Below are positions 40,625-54,344 of a stretch of 64,000 nt of DNA, in pieces (position 1 is the first letter of the stretch; every line of letters starts with the position of its first letter). The position numbers were made by a program, and so were the translations under genes. A model generated the notes under the pieces. It was not told the origin of the DNA. It was given only the letters and a program-made list of their open reading frames with translations, and did not search any database. Source of the stretch: Eledone cirrhosa (lineage: Eukaryota); NCBI GenBank assembly GCA_964016885.1, contig OZ024742.1, forward strand, positions 91,078,001-91,142,000. The letters run 5' to 3'.

Positions 40625-41420
40625 ATAGGTTTAAACATCACTTCCTAAACCATGAATCAATTTTCTGGCACTCAGGCAAGAAAGTCAACACCAAATTCGC
40701 TGACCTCAAAGAGTACAGCGCGGATTTCTCTATGAAATAAAAAACCTAGGCAACATCTCGGCCCTATTGAAATTGATCCCAAAATGCACTTATATACTCC
40801 AAAGAGATAGAATAACCTTAAGAAACTGCACAACACCACAAACTCTTTCAACACAAGTGCCACCTCTTTATTACACACCCAGATAAACGTTGAACTTCTT
40901 TCCGATTCTTTCTAACCATTTTCTTTACTTTTTCAACATGCTACAGATCATTTATTCCAAATAATACCCCGTTGTTGATTCATCACCAATACCACATCAT
41001 TACCACACACCTAAATTGCAACCCACCTCTAGGCTTCCCCCTCTTCACCTTACACGCACCACCTGGCCACCCTCTTAAGTTCAACATCCCGCTGTATATA
41101 GATGGATCTATATTTTGCATGTATATGTAGGGATATGTGTGTGGATAGATGTAAGCTTATCTAAGTTTATCTCTAACATACCTAATTACCTCACTTTAAC
41201 CACCCAGATACACATACTCTATTACCCCTTCTCTTTATATTTTTACAATTTTTTCTAGTAAAGATTTCGCGTTGAAATGAACATCTTTGAAATCACAAGA
41301 AGCAGAGTCTAAAGATCTGTGAGTTGTATCTTTTAATAAATAACTCAGTGAAAGAATTGTAAACAATATGCTGTTCATACACATTTCACAGATTGAGGGT
41401 TTTCTCCTCATTTGATGATA
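40625..41420 (+). mobile_element. decayed Penelope-like element (GIY-YIG remnant, 3' region, HHR relic at ~41305-41362)
   Basis: FKHHFLNHESIF..KKVNTKF resembles FKxRxxxHxxSF..T.LS. Downstream is CTAAAGA..actcagt GAAAG aatt GTA. Confidence 0.5.
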
Positions 41421-41461
41421 TACATATAAAAATACTATATGTATGTATATATGTATTTATG

Positions 41462-41997
41462 TCGGCTCACTCTTGAGTGCTACTGGTAACATGTAACCCA
41501 GTACAACTTGTCGCATGGTCGGGTTGTCGGCGACTAAACCGGCAACCCCACCAAGTTTACTTGGTGAGGAGGGTGATTTTGGACAGCCTGCCGGACAAAA
41601 ATAAAACCTGACAAAGGGCGGAAGAAGTCTTAAGAGTCAACCGCCATTCAAAAGTGTGTAAATATGTATATACACATGTACCGCGAGGTTAAACCACTGG
41701 GAAAGAAGGACCCCTAGCCTTTGTCAGGGCATTCTTCTAGGAGAAGGCAACTCAGGAAACTGGGATAACTCCGATATAAAACCTGCGGCTCAGTAGTTAT
41801 CGATGATGTTGATCTTTTCTTCTTTTCGGGTTATAGCAACTGTCGCTCAGAGAGTGGGATTGGCTCAGTACACAGTCTTTCCTCACTTTAAAAAAAATCT
41901 TCACGCTCAGGCATTGCATGATAGCATTAATTGATAATTATTAATAATGTTATATCGTGCAATGGCCATACTCTATAACGAGGGGGCAGCCATCATC
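41462..41997 (+). mobile_element. RTE-derived non-autonomous element with the most complete 5' end
   Basis: Homologous to 9844 and 28697. 3' stem-loop atggccatactc..gagggggcagccat followed by (ATGT)n. Confidence 0.75.
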
Positions 41998-42325
41998 ATG
42001 TATGTATGTATGTATGTATGTATGGATGGATTGGGAAACATGAAATTTGAAAAGATAGGGTCCACAATACTAATAACTATAGCAATAGTTGATAGTTATA
42101 AATATCATTTGTAGAAATCGAGTACAGAAACTCTGGAGACGGGCGTTAATAGACAGAGACTGTTGCGGGAAATAGAAATACGCATTTCTCGTGGTTCGAC
42201 TCATCATAGACGTCTCTAAAAGTACTTCACCCGATTATTCATCTATTATCATTATAGTTATCTGCATTGTGGCAACTATGTTTAATATATATATCTATCT
42301 ATCTGTTATTTTAATAAATATATAC

Positions 42326-42370
<45 letters not shown>

Positions 42371-42379
42371 AACACACAC

Positions 42380-42490
<111 letters not shown>

Positions 42491-42626
42491 TGTGTGTACG
42501 TGTGTGATTTGTTAAAACATGTTCATTCTCAGTATTAATACTTTGAGTACGTTATTCTAAATGGCTTTACCATGCTTCGTTGAACAGGTAACCCGATCAT
42601 TTATACACAGACACTGAAACACTCAC

Positions 42627-42701
<75 letters not shown>

Positions 42702-43047
42702 CATTAAGTATATACACACATACATATATAAATATATATATATATATATACACACACAAAGTGAAATTTCCCTGGACAGAGATAGAAACGTAAACAATGA
42801 AAAATAATAGAGAAAGTAGCAAACGGGTGGAAACATGGTTTAAATTCGAGATTCATCATTTACTAATACCATGGAAGTCACAGGTGTGAAACCAGCACAC
42901 CTTTTAGATGATTAAAACCATGAATAGCAGCACATAGTTAGTTATATAGAGATTACATTAATAGACTTAAATTGTATTCCTTTGTCATTCTCATACTCTC
43001 ACTTTGCGAGAAAAGGTCATATAACAGTCGACCTTCTTGTTTAAACG

Positions 43048-43094
<47 letters not shown>

Positions 43095-43095
<1 letters not shown>

Positions 43096-46000
43096 TAGCA
43101 GTTTATCCCGGCGTTGCTCGGGTTTGTTCATTTGCTATGAAAAGTTACATACAGGCAAGCGTGCCTTGAAAGCGAATAAGCTTATCAATCAAGTGCATAA
43201 AGCAGTTAAACCGGTTATTAAAAATTACGAACCAATTACCATTTTGGACAAAAATAATGATGGGTTAATAATCTTCCAATAGCGAATTTAGTAGACCAAA
43301 GTTGCAAGATGGTGGAAGATAGTTTTCCAGACGGCATAGCTCCAACACCTCCAACACCTGCACCAACATCTATAGCACCTCTTTGTAGACGATATAGCGG
43401 GGCATCCCTTGAGAAGTTTAAGCAAAAATTCCATTCCTTCTCCCTACGCGGGAACAGGCAACATAAAGTTGGCCATGGGAGAAGCATGGCTCCCCCAAAT
43501 GGATGCCCGCCACCGACAATGTTTGCCCTTGTGACTTTTTAATGGACATGGCAAAACATGGTCTCACCTTGTCATCCGCAGAGACCTTGCCCTCACCAAG
43601 TCCTAAAATGTTCTGAGCGAATGCTGCAGACATGTTGTCACCATGCAAATGAGCACACATATTTGTGCTCAGGTACAAACTCTTCACCTAGAACCACAGC
43701 AGTTTAGCCCGGCGTTGCTCGGGTTTGTTAATTAGCTATGAAAAATTACATACAGGTAAACGTGGCTTGAAAGCGAATAAGCTTATCAATTAAGTGGATA
43801 AATCAGTTGAAGCGGTTATTAAAAGTTACGAACCAATTAGCATTTTGGACAAAAATAATGATGGGTTAATAATCTTCCAATAGGGAATTTAGTAGACCAA
43901 AGTTGCAAGATGGTGGCCCTGATGCCACTTGGTGTCAGATCTGTCCGCCATGGGTGACCCTACCAGTTTTCCAGATGGCATAGCTCCAACACCTCCAACA
44001 CCTGCACCAACATCTATAGCACCTCTTTGTAGATGGTATTGCGTGTCATCCCTTGAAGAGTGTAAGCAAAAAGTCCATTCCTGCTCTCTACGTGGGAACA
44101 GGCAACATAAAGTTGGCCATGGGAGAAGCATGGCTCCCCCAAATGGATGCCCACCACCGACAATGTTTGCCCTTGTGACTTGTTAATAGACATGGCAAAA
44201 CATGGTCTCACCGGGAATTGGGATCGCCGGAAATCGAACGGGATATCTAACGCCGAGGGGAAAAGGTTCATCCTTGGAATGAAAACATTCTCCCCTCTCC
44301 TGCACCCCGTTACAATGGTGGCCTCAATCAAGTGGGGCGTCAGTGACTTGACGACCATGCGAGTACCGTTGCACTGCTTTGGTGGAAGCAAGTTCCTTAT
44401 TAGCATAATGGTACAGCCAACCCTAAGTTTAAGAATATGAGGTGGGCGCCCTGGGGGCTGAAGTGAATTTAATAATTCAACCGGATAATTAACGATCGTC
44501 GGGGTCTGACATCCGGTCGATAGATTTGAAGATGTGTTCTTTACCGGGAATCTTCTCAATCAGCTGCTCGTTAATAAAATTAACCATGGTATTTCTCGGA
44601 GCAAGGATGGCTCTTTCGCTGAGCCAATCGAGGTTTTTAAAGTTAGATGAGACATTAGGAAAAACTGCTTCCCAAAGGTCAGAAGGGCTGCTCACAATGT
44701 TGCACAGGGAGTCAATTGCTATGCGGCCCTTGTCATCCGCAGGGACATTGCCCTCACCAAGTGCTAAAATATTCTGAGCAAATGCTGCAGACATATCACC
44801 ATGCAAATGAGCACGCATTTTTGTGCTCAGGTACAAACTCTTCAACTGGATCCACAACATGGACGTCTTAAGACAGGCACGCACTTCATCAGCTCTTGTC
44901 CCTTTGGGGATGACAAGCAGTGTTTGCCGAAAATCCCCATATAGCCGAAGGGTTACGCCACCCATAGTAGCCGTACAATGCCTAATGTCTTTCAGGGTCG
45001 TGTCCAATGCCTCAAGGGAACCCTTGTGTGCCATTGTGCACTCATCCCAAACAATAAGGCAACATTTTTCGAGAACCAGAGCTTCGTGTGAACTCTTGCT
45101 GATATTGTATGTTGGTGTCTCAGTTTTTACTAAATCCAAAGGGAGTTTAAAGGTTGAATGTGCTGTCCTGCCTCCCGGCAGCAAAGTAGCAGGGATCCAG
45201 GACGATGCTACGGCCAACGCAATTTTTGTCTCCTGAAGAATCTTAGCGAGAATCAATTTACTTACATAAGTTTTTCCGGTATCCCCAGGAGCATCGAGAA
45301 AGTAAATACCCCCAGTCTGATTTTGAACCGCGTCAATGATAGTTAAATAGGCCAACCTTTGGTCCGACAGAAGTTTGGGCTCATTTTCTTCTAAGTTTTG
45401 GGAAAGAGATTCGATGTCATATGCTGTTTCCCGCAACAAATCCGGGGCCAACGTGTTAGCTTCCTCTCTGACGGTTGACGGCAAGCCATACGTCGCCAAC
45501 TCACTCCCACCCATGTCGAGGAGGGCGTCCTCGATATCAATGAGTGCCCTGTTGTAGATAATGTCGCTGTAACCAACTTCCACTGAAGTATACTGCAGAT
45601 GAGCTTGGCGCAGGAGGTCCTCAGACATGAAGTCTCTGTACTTGACCCATAAAGATTTGGGATCACACAATTCCCACTTTTGAAGCAAAATAGCAAAGAG
45701 TTCCAGTAGACCTTTAGGTGATTTCAACAAAGCACCCTCTGCCTAAGTGGAATCCCATTGCGAATCATCTTCCAAAAGACCACGCTTAAAGCAGGCTTCC
45801 CGGTACGTATCACATATTTCTCCATCAACAGTTTTGATGTCCTGAAAACTTTGTGGGCCTACAACATCATGCAGAAGAAGGCGGAGATGAAAGCATTCAT
45901 TCTGACTTGGGGGCACAGTGTAAACCCTTCCAAGACAGCTGTCAAATTTTACACCAGGATGTCTTTCAGCAGCCTGACCTGACTTTCTTCGCGCCCAAGT

Positions 46001-47976
46001 GTTTTTCGACCATATAAAGTAGGATGGAACCTGGGAGTACACAATTGTTTGCGCAAATGTATCGAACTGGCAAAGTTTGAAGAAACCCGTCAGAGTGGTA
46101 TCTTTCGGATCGGCGGCCAACTTGGCGGCGGTTTGGTCCGTAAAGTAAACCCTTTGCCCATTTTCCAAATGTACCGCAAGCTGTACGATGGCGAGGTGCC
46201 GTTAGTGTAGGGGTAAACCAAATAGGCGCCAAAAAGCTTCATTACTACTGATGTACGCCCCCCCCCCCCCAGGTATTCTGTGACCTCGTCTCTGCTATTT
46301 TCAGCTTGAAATGCGAACATTGCGGCATTAGAGCCCTTATTTACATATTTGGATATGTATTTATTGACTTGACGGAGTTGCAAAAAGCAACGTTGGTGTG
46401 GGCGTTGAACATCTTCAAGAGAAGCGGGCAGACTTGACCCCCCCTTACTGTTGTGGTGAAGCCACCGTTCTCGGGTCGTCTCCGCCTGTACAGGGGGTAC
46501 CCGTCGCCACCAGTCTGAGTCTGGTCAACAAACATTTGGGGGTATCACTTACTGCACGACCCCGCCCCCTTTCAGACACGTGTGATGCTCATTAGGACCC
46601 GACGCACACGGACATGAATCATGTTACCTTTAACGATGTCATGTTATTCCTGTTCAGTTGCTTGCTTAGGGATTTCAGCCGAAATGAAGCTGTCTATGGC
46701 ATTTGAATTGATTTTATCAGCTAACCAAATCAAAATGTGAGCATTTGGCAGCCCTCATTTTTGCCATTCGACGGTGAACATGTCACATTTTACAGCTCCA
46801 AATACCTGACCTTTTTTATTAAATTTCAGTCTGAACACTCTGGCAATGAGGTCATGTCTGTTCGAATAATTTTGCTCATGAAAAAGTTCACGGGTTACAT
46901 TCCGATTCATATGTCGATAGCATTAATCTGTTATATGAAGTGTTATTTTGCGGGTTGTTATTTGCAATAAGCCGATTGAAAATGCCCCAGATAAGCCGTA
47001 TGTCAATACGGAACGCTCCACTGCAGTGTTGTCATATAGGGAGTGAAGAGCGACAGAGAGAGTAAAGCAGTTAAATTATAGAGAGCGGGAATATACGGAA
47101 CGCTCCATTTGATCATATACATTGTTTCTCTCTCTGTAGTGTTGTCATATAGGGAGTGAAGAGCGACAGAGAGTTTGTTGTTTTATAAATTCATCTGTTG
47201 CTTTTGAATATTTGTTATTTGATGTAAAATGTAACGTTGAGAGAGCAGTATGTATTTAGTGTTATCGGATTTTTAAATTTTGATATTTGATGTATGAGTG
47301 TCGTTATGACTGTTGTTGTATAAAATGATGTGTTGCTTAGTTATCAAAGTTTTTTTCGCGTTCCCGAACGAATAGGTGGAATAATCTATTATATACAGAG
47401 AGAAGAGCGACGGATAGATTGAAGCTAGTGTTAAACCTCAAAGCATGAAGAGAGTAAAGCAGTTAAATTATAGAGAGCGGGAATAATCTATTGTAGAGAG
47501 AGGGAAGAGCGACGGAGAGAGTAAAGCTATGGTTGTTGTGTTGCTTAGGTTTCAAAGTTTGTGTCGCGTTCCTTCAAAAGAATTTTGTCGTTGTTCTAAA
47601 TTTTGATGTTGATAGAGTAGTAGACGGAGGCAGTAACCTTTTATAGAGAGTTGCAGAGGAGATTGAGGGAGGAGTAGAAAGAGTGATGAACCTTTTAAAG
47701 AGAGTTGCAACATGTATGTAGTTTCATATATTTTTGATGGTAGTAGTGAGAGGAATGAAGCGTGTAAGAGAGAGGGTTACAGCATGTATTTAGTTTTATC
47801 GATGTTTTTTCATAGAAGCAGGACATTTTGGGATAAAAATAATTAAGCGTTGACCTGCTCTGGTAAATTTGGAGCACATTGGAAAAGAAATCATCAAAAT
47901 CGGTAGAGAAATTTTGAAATGCATAAAAATCATACACACACACAGACAGACATCTACCGTTTTATATATAGAAAGA
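43095..47976 (-). mobile_element. Helitron with decayed Rep/PIF1-helicase gene
   Basis: A|TC 5' end (tctttctatatataaaa) and a 3' hairpin plus CTAG|T. Rep motifs EWQK.GLP.AHILIWL, DGYPLYRRR and KYISKYVNKG. Confidence 0.92.
44014..45730 (-). pseudogene. Helitron PIF1-like SF1 helicase domain (frameshifted ORFs 44489-45730 and 44014-44559)
   Basis: FLDAPGDTGKT, GGRTAHSTFKLP, WDECTM, GDFRQTL, RAILAPRN, CNGTR, AMSINKSQGQTL and FSHGQLYVA. Confidence 0.92.
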
Positions 47977-49661
47977 TATATATTGTCGTTCCATGCCGGC
48001 GATATACACACGCACACAACGCATACCGCTGGCACATTTTATCATACATACACTTCACGTGCATTCCATATATATTGTAATGAAGCACATACTCTTTATA
48101 TTCCATGTATACCTCAAACCCATGCACATCTCATATATACTTTTATGAAATGGATGTTACACATAACCACACTATATGTAACCTGTCTGTGCACGCACGC
48201 ACGGCCCACACCTATCCACAAGCTACGAGACCTGCATCATGCGCATGCTACAACCCAGTGCCTAAGCCCACCAGCCCCCATGTATATCATATAAACATTT
48301 GCACTACAGCCCCCAACTATTGTATGAAACTTTAAGCACACCTCGATAATGCCCGTCCCCCTCTGCATCCTTGTCATGTATGCATTCTCTTTTTCCAGCA
48401 TTTTATTTTATTGTATTTTATCTTATTTTATTTTATTATTGTATACTATTTCATTATTTTATGTTATGTGCGTACAGGTTTTTTTTATATATGTGCCAGC
48501 CACGTTATATGCGATTAGTGCAGGGATATTGTGCTAGCGTAACATTTAGGCATATTGTGCAGCCACCCTCGGACTCACACCGCCACGTGATCAGGTTGGG
48601 TCAAGGCCTCAAATGCATTGTCTCATACAATACTGTGTGCACCATCTGCGCAGCGGCGCGTGGGTGGACGGATGGGGGGGGGGGGTACTCGTCAATTTTA
48701 TGCATCCGGTGTCAGAGCACGCGGGTGCGTGTATGTATGTGTGCCCACACAGACATGCATGAGCACGGGTGTGTGCATGCATGGGTCGATGTTTGAGCAT
48801 TTATGCGTGGGGGTACGGATGACTTTCCATGGACTTTTCTTTTCCCATCTGCCTATATATGTGTGCGGCGTCTTGGCTATGCACGCTCCCTTGAGTCCAG
48901 TGTGTGAGTGTAGAATTGGGTCTATTTGTTGAAAACACCTTTGATGTAGCCCCTTCGTTTGAATGGCTGTTGAAAGCTTTCTTTTAAAAACGTTCTTGCT
49001 ACAGGTTCTTTCTTTTTCTTTTTGAAATATGTATGGCGGAGTGTATACCAAGGCTGTGTCCTACAAATGTTACGCTAAATATCCCCAGGATTTGTTGTTG
49101 TTTTTTAATTCCTGCAAGACATTATTTATGATGAATAATTGCGGGTGTGTACCTGAACGATGTAGACTAAGGCGCCTAGGGGCAATGAAGAGGTCGAAGT
49201 GATGCCAGACGTTCACGATTACAGCCCCTTTCCTACCACAGTAGTAATTCTGATACATGAAGAAATTTTGATTGACAGGTAGAGAACGAGAGGAAGCATG
49301 AAGTGAGCAACCATGAGTGGCTAGAAATACCGATGACGTGTACAATTCTAGACCACTCATAGAATGACAACAACAGGATCTAAATCAACAAACGAAGAAA
49401 TCCGATGTTAAAGGACTATAGGAAAATCTGCTTCGTAGAATCGAGACTTATCCGACGACCGTGTTGATTTCAGAGTCAGGTGTGATCACCATATCGATCG
49501 TGCCTCGAGCTGGTCACTCGAGAAGCATTTGTAATATATCCAATAAATTCCTTTCGTCGCAACACTGAATCTATTTTTTCTGTGATATCATACTCTGCTC
49601 TACGAGGGCATTGAGTGCTCATACGACCGACCGGATACGGACGCTTTAAGCATCCAACACC

Positions 49662-49715
<54 letters not shown>

Positions 49716-49720
49716 TATAC

Positions 49721-52700
49721 TTGTCCTGGGTATGACATTAAACTACATCCAGTGGCAAGGCCCCAGTTCAGGAGTTCAGGAGCTGTGGGGAATGTGGAGT
49801 TACCCCTTAGTTGTCATAACTTCCAGGTCTGCTCTGGCCCGGAGTACCTGTTAGGGCCCCATTTATGGGTTAAATAACTAACTTATTCGAGTGGCGCCGG
49901 TAAGGTTTTGTCAGCTATTGAAAAGAAATATGGAGAGTCAATCTAACAGCACTAGGGTTAGAGCCCCTAATTACACTGTCAAGGAGCCGTCTGGTCGTTA
50001 TGACTCTGCTGGCTTATAGCCACAGAGAGGGCCAGTGGATGATGGATCAGCTGTCTCTGAGACAAATATAAAGAATGCAGTTTTGTCCTGCAGGAGAGCC
50101 ATCAAAATGGGCACTTTGAATGTGAGGACTATTCGGACGCTGGAGAAGAGAGAGGAGTTGGGACATCTGTTCGAGGAGAGTGGTATACAGATACTTGCGA
50201 TCCAAGAACACAGGATCTTACACGATGAGCCCGTGAGGAGTGTGATGATTGGGAAGAGGGGCCAGCTCATCACCACATCGGCAGTGAGGAACATGACAAA
50301 TGCTGCAGTGGGAGGAGTGGGTTTTGTTTTCAGCACAAAAACCAGTCTATTGGTGAGGGAAATAATGCCTGTCTCCCCGCTAGTGTTGAGGGTGAACTTC
50401 AATGGAAACCCAAGACTGACAGTCATCTCAGCCTATAGTCCAACCGAGGGAGAAAGTGATATGAGTGCGGAAGAGTTCCATGAGGAGGTGTGTAGAGCTG
50501 TCAACACCACACAAGCACGCAACATCCTGCTTGTTTTGGGGGACTTCAATGCACATCTGAGTAAGGAGGGCAGTGAAGATCCTTGCTGGTACTTCCATAA
50601 CAACACCAACCGAAATGGAAGACTACTGAGAGACACCCTGCTGGAGGCGAACTTAATAGCGACCAACCTAAGTTTTTTGGAAGAATCTGGGGAAGATGGG
50701 GACCTACATCTCAGATATGCACCTGCCCAAATCCCAGATTGATTTCATTCTGGTGAGGAAAAAGTGGCGGAATAGTGTTCTGAACACAGAACCATACAAC
50801 TATTTCAGTACACTGGGTAGTGACCACCGGCTTCTTATGAGGGAGGTCCGGGTGAGCTTAAGAAAGAGCAAGGCTCAGTCCCGGAGAGCAATCTATGACT
50901 GGGGAGCTTTCAAGGAAGATGATAAGCTACAGGAGAGGTTCACAGTAGAGGTGAGGAACAGGTTCAGTGCTCTGTGTGGAGAGACAGAGGAGAGAGAGAG
51001 AGATTGGATGGACTGAGGAGAGTGTGACGAGGAGGTACGGGCACTTCACCAATGCAGTGGCGGAAGCAAGTGAGACCTTGGTGCCGAGGAAAAAGAACAA
51101 AAGGAAGCACGTCAGCTCTGCAAACCCAAAAGTGTGTGCGGCCAGAGAACACCTGAAAGCTGCCAAGGACCAATTCTATGCTGATCCTACGGAGGAGAGG
51201 GTGGAGACTGTGGAGGTGATGAGGGAAGAACTCTGTACCGCTTACACTGAGGCACTGATAGAGAAGATCAGAAGTGTGGGGAGAGCGGTTGACAGATCTC
51301 GATGTAAGGAGAGCTGGATGATCATCAACGAGATCACAGAGAGCAAGAGAAGGTGTTCGAGACAGATCCAGGGACCAGGGCCCGAGGATAGGAAGAGGAA
51401 ATGGCTAGACCATTTTAGGACCCTACTAGGAGAGCCGCCCTCCACAGCACAGAGCACTGCGGAGATTAGGCGGCTGTTTGAAGAACTGGATATTGAGACA
51501 GAACCATTCACCAGAGAGAAGCTTCAGAGAGCCAAGAAGAAAATCAAGGAGGGCGAGGCTCATGGAGAAGATGGAGTGGCATCAGAGGTGATGAAGAGGT
51601 GTGATTTTGATGATATCATCCTGGAGTTCTGTAACCAGGCACTGGAGAAAGGAGTTGCCCCGAATCAGTGGAGGATCAGTAACATCGTCCCAGTGCCAAA
51701 GAAGGGAGATCTCTCTAACACCAACAACTACAGTAGGATCTCACTGACGTCACTTGTGGCAAAGACTCTCAACAGGATGATTCTTAACAGGATCCAGCCT
51801 GAGATGGAGAAGAAGCTCAGGGATTACCAGAACGGCTTCAGAGAGGGAAGATCAACCACCAGTCACATCTTGATGCTGAGGAGGATATTAGAGGGAGCTA
51901 GAGCAAAGTGCCTTCCTGCGGTCATGGTTTTCATTGACTTTAGGAAGGCCTTTGATTCTGTGGACCGTCACTGCCTGATGAAGATCTTACAGGCTTATGG
52001 AATCCCCAAGAAGATAGTGGACCTGATATCACTGCTCTACACCAACACCAAAGCCCAAGTCATTACACCTGATGGGATGACAGAGTTCTTTGAAATACTG
52101 GTTGCAGTGCTCCGGGGAGATACATTGGCTCCCTACCTTTTTATCATCGTAGTGGACTATTGTATGCGCCTTGCACTGGAGAAACACCAGAACTCTGGCT
52201 TTACTGTAGCACCGGCTCAGAGCAGGAGAGTTAAGGCGAAAAAGATATCAGATGCTGAATTTGCCGACGACATAGTTTTGGTGACAAATACAGTGAAGGA
52301 GGCAGAGGATTTGATGCGGGAGGTTGAGACTGTGTCGATGAGTGTGGGGCTGAGAATGAATGAGACTAAAACAAAATATCTGGTAGAGAATGTTGAGAGG
52401 CCAGAGGGAATCACTAATGTAGGCGGGAAGCCGCTAGAATTGGTTGAGGACTTCCTGTATTTGGGAGCAAAGATTGGGAATACGGAAGATGATGTGGTTG
52501 AGAGGAAGAGCAAACCTGGGCGGCGTGCCACAGCTTGAGATCGGTGTGGAAGTCAGACCTTCGTGAAGACCTGAAAGTCCGCCTCTTCATTGCTGTAGTG
52601 GAGTCTGTGCAGGTCTGAGACTTGGACACTGACCAAGAAACTCACTCAGATGATGGATGGGTGCTACACAAGAATGCTGAGGATGGCTCTGAACATTAAT

Positions 52701-53020
52701 CAGTATACACTGAGGATGAAAAACTCAGAGATGTATGGGAGCCTCCCAAGAGTCAGCTCAAAAGTGATACAGAGGAGACTGAGGTTAGCTGGACATGCTC
52801 ACCGACATCCAGAGTTGACATTGCACTGAGTGCTCCTGTGGGAGCCTCTACATGGACACACTGGAAGAGGAGGACCAAGGTTAACGTATGTTGACGCCCT
52901 GAGGACAGACACTGGTCTGTTGGAGACGCAGGACATGGCAGCGATAATGAGGGACAGAGACCGCTGGAGAGAACTCGTCCATGGATATCGGGAATTTTAC
53001 CCGCCCTAGATAGATAGATA
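49721..53020 (+). mobile_element. near full-length RTE-clade LINE (APE endonuclease plus RT), frameshifted, (AGAT)n tail
   Basis: ORF 50035-50742 (GTLNVRT, AIQEHR, SAYSPT, GDFNAH), ORF 50696-51016 (QIDFIL, SDH) and ORF 50967-52538 (QNGFREGRST, FIDFRKAFDS, FADDI). Confidence 0.92.
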
Positions 53021-53130
53021 TATATATACATGTTGATATGCAGGTGGGATTGTCCAACCTGTTATTTTGTATTGTCAGCACCAAATATGACGTGATTATA
53101 TTAAGAATGAAAGCTATAGCCTATCTATCG

Positions 53131-53293
<163 letters not shown>

Positions 53294-53549
53294 TTGTGTG
53301 TGTGTATGTGTATATATATATATATATATGTGTATATATATATATTTGTGTGTGTGTATGTGTATATATATATATAAAATACAATATGTTGAAAAGGTAA
53401 CACACTAGAGAGAGAAAGTGTTCCATCAATAAAAAAAAAAGGGAAAAACACCAGTGTATGGAATCTATATCTATGGAAGGCATGGTAGATACACAATAAT
53501 TAAAAATATAAATTAAAATGTATATACGCACCTCTATAACTGTATAACA

Positions 53550-53630
53550 CACGCGTACAAATCCAAAGAGATCTGTTTCGCCAGTAAGTTGTTGACTGAA
53601 ATGGAATAGCCTATGGTTCATCAGCGCGTG
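53550..53630 (-). ncRNA. type-I HHR, intact core
   Basis: cacgcg CTGATGA acca..tggc GAAAC agatct cttt ggattt GTA cgcgtg. Confidence 0.75.
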
Positions 53631-53966
53631 CTAGACTATACATTCCGGACAACTCTAAGAGAATCTAAAGCGACCGTCCAGCTACACGCGGCAGAGAGAT
53701 GTCACAGCGTGTTTAGGGAAGTGAACCAGTGGTATCTGAGGGACGAGCTGCTAGAAAGGGCAGCCGAAAAACCACTTAAAGAAGTGTGCTTACCCTAACA
53801 GAGAGAGAGGAAAGACTGTTATAAGGAGCGAAATATCACGATAAATTAACTCGTCCCTCAGATACCACTGGTTCACTGCCCTAAACACGCTGTGACATCT
53901 CTCTGCCGCGTGTAGCTGGACGGTCGCTTTAGATTCTCTTAGAGTTGTCTGGAATGTATAGTCTTG

Positions 53967-54047
53967 CACGCGCTGATGAACCATAGGCTATTCCATTTCA
54001 GTCAACAAAACCCTGGCAAAACAGATCTCTTTGGATTTGTACGCGTG
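53967..54047 (+). ncRNA. HHR copy in the opposite arm, with G12A (GAAA->AAAA)
   Basis: Same fold as 53550-53630, but aaaa at 54018-54021. Confidence 0.6.
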
Positions 54048-54277
54048 TGTTATATAGTTATAGAGGTGCGTATATACATTTCAATTTATATTTTTAATTA
54101 TTGTGTGTCTACCCTGCCTTCCATAGAGTATAGATTCGATACACTGGTAGTTTTCCCTGTTTTATGGCACACTTTCTCTCTCTAGTGTGTTACCTTTTCA
54201 ACATATTGTATTTTAAAGAGCTCAGAATTCCTTTTCCTTTGGTCACATTATTGACAGGGAATAACGAGAGCCAATGG

Positions 54278-54344
<67 letters not shown>

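Larger units (their letters stand above)
53375..54215. mobile_element. ~370-bp inverted repeat pair (PLE-like inverted pseudo-LTRs) with a ~100-bp spacer
   Basis: 53375-53747 is the reverse complement of ~53849-54215 at high identity. Confidence 0.9.

Noticed and set aside
49760-49870. Possible twister-like motif in the RTE 5' UTR (ccaggtctgctctggcccgg)
   Set aside because: I could not build the twister P1/T1/T2 pairings by eye. It needs an Rfam scan of the family consensus.
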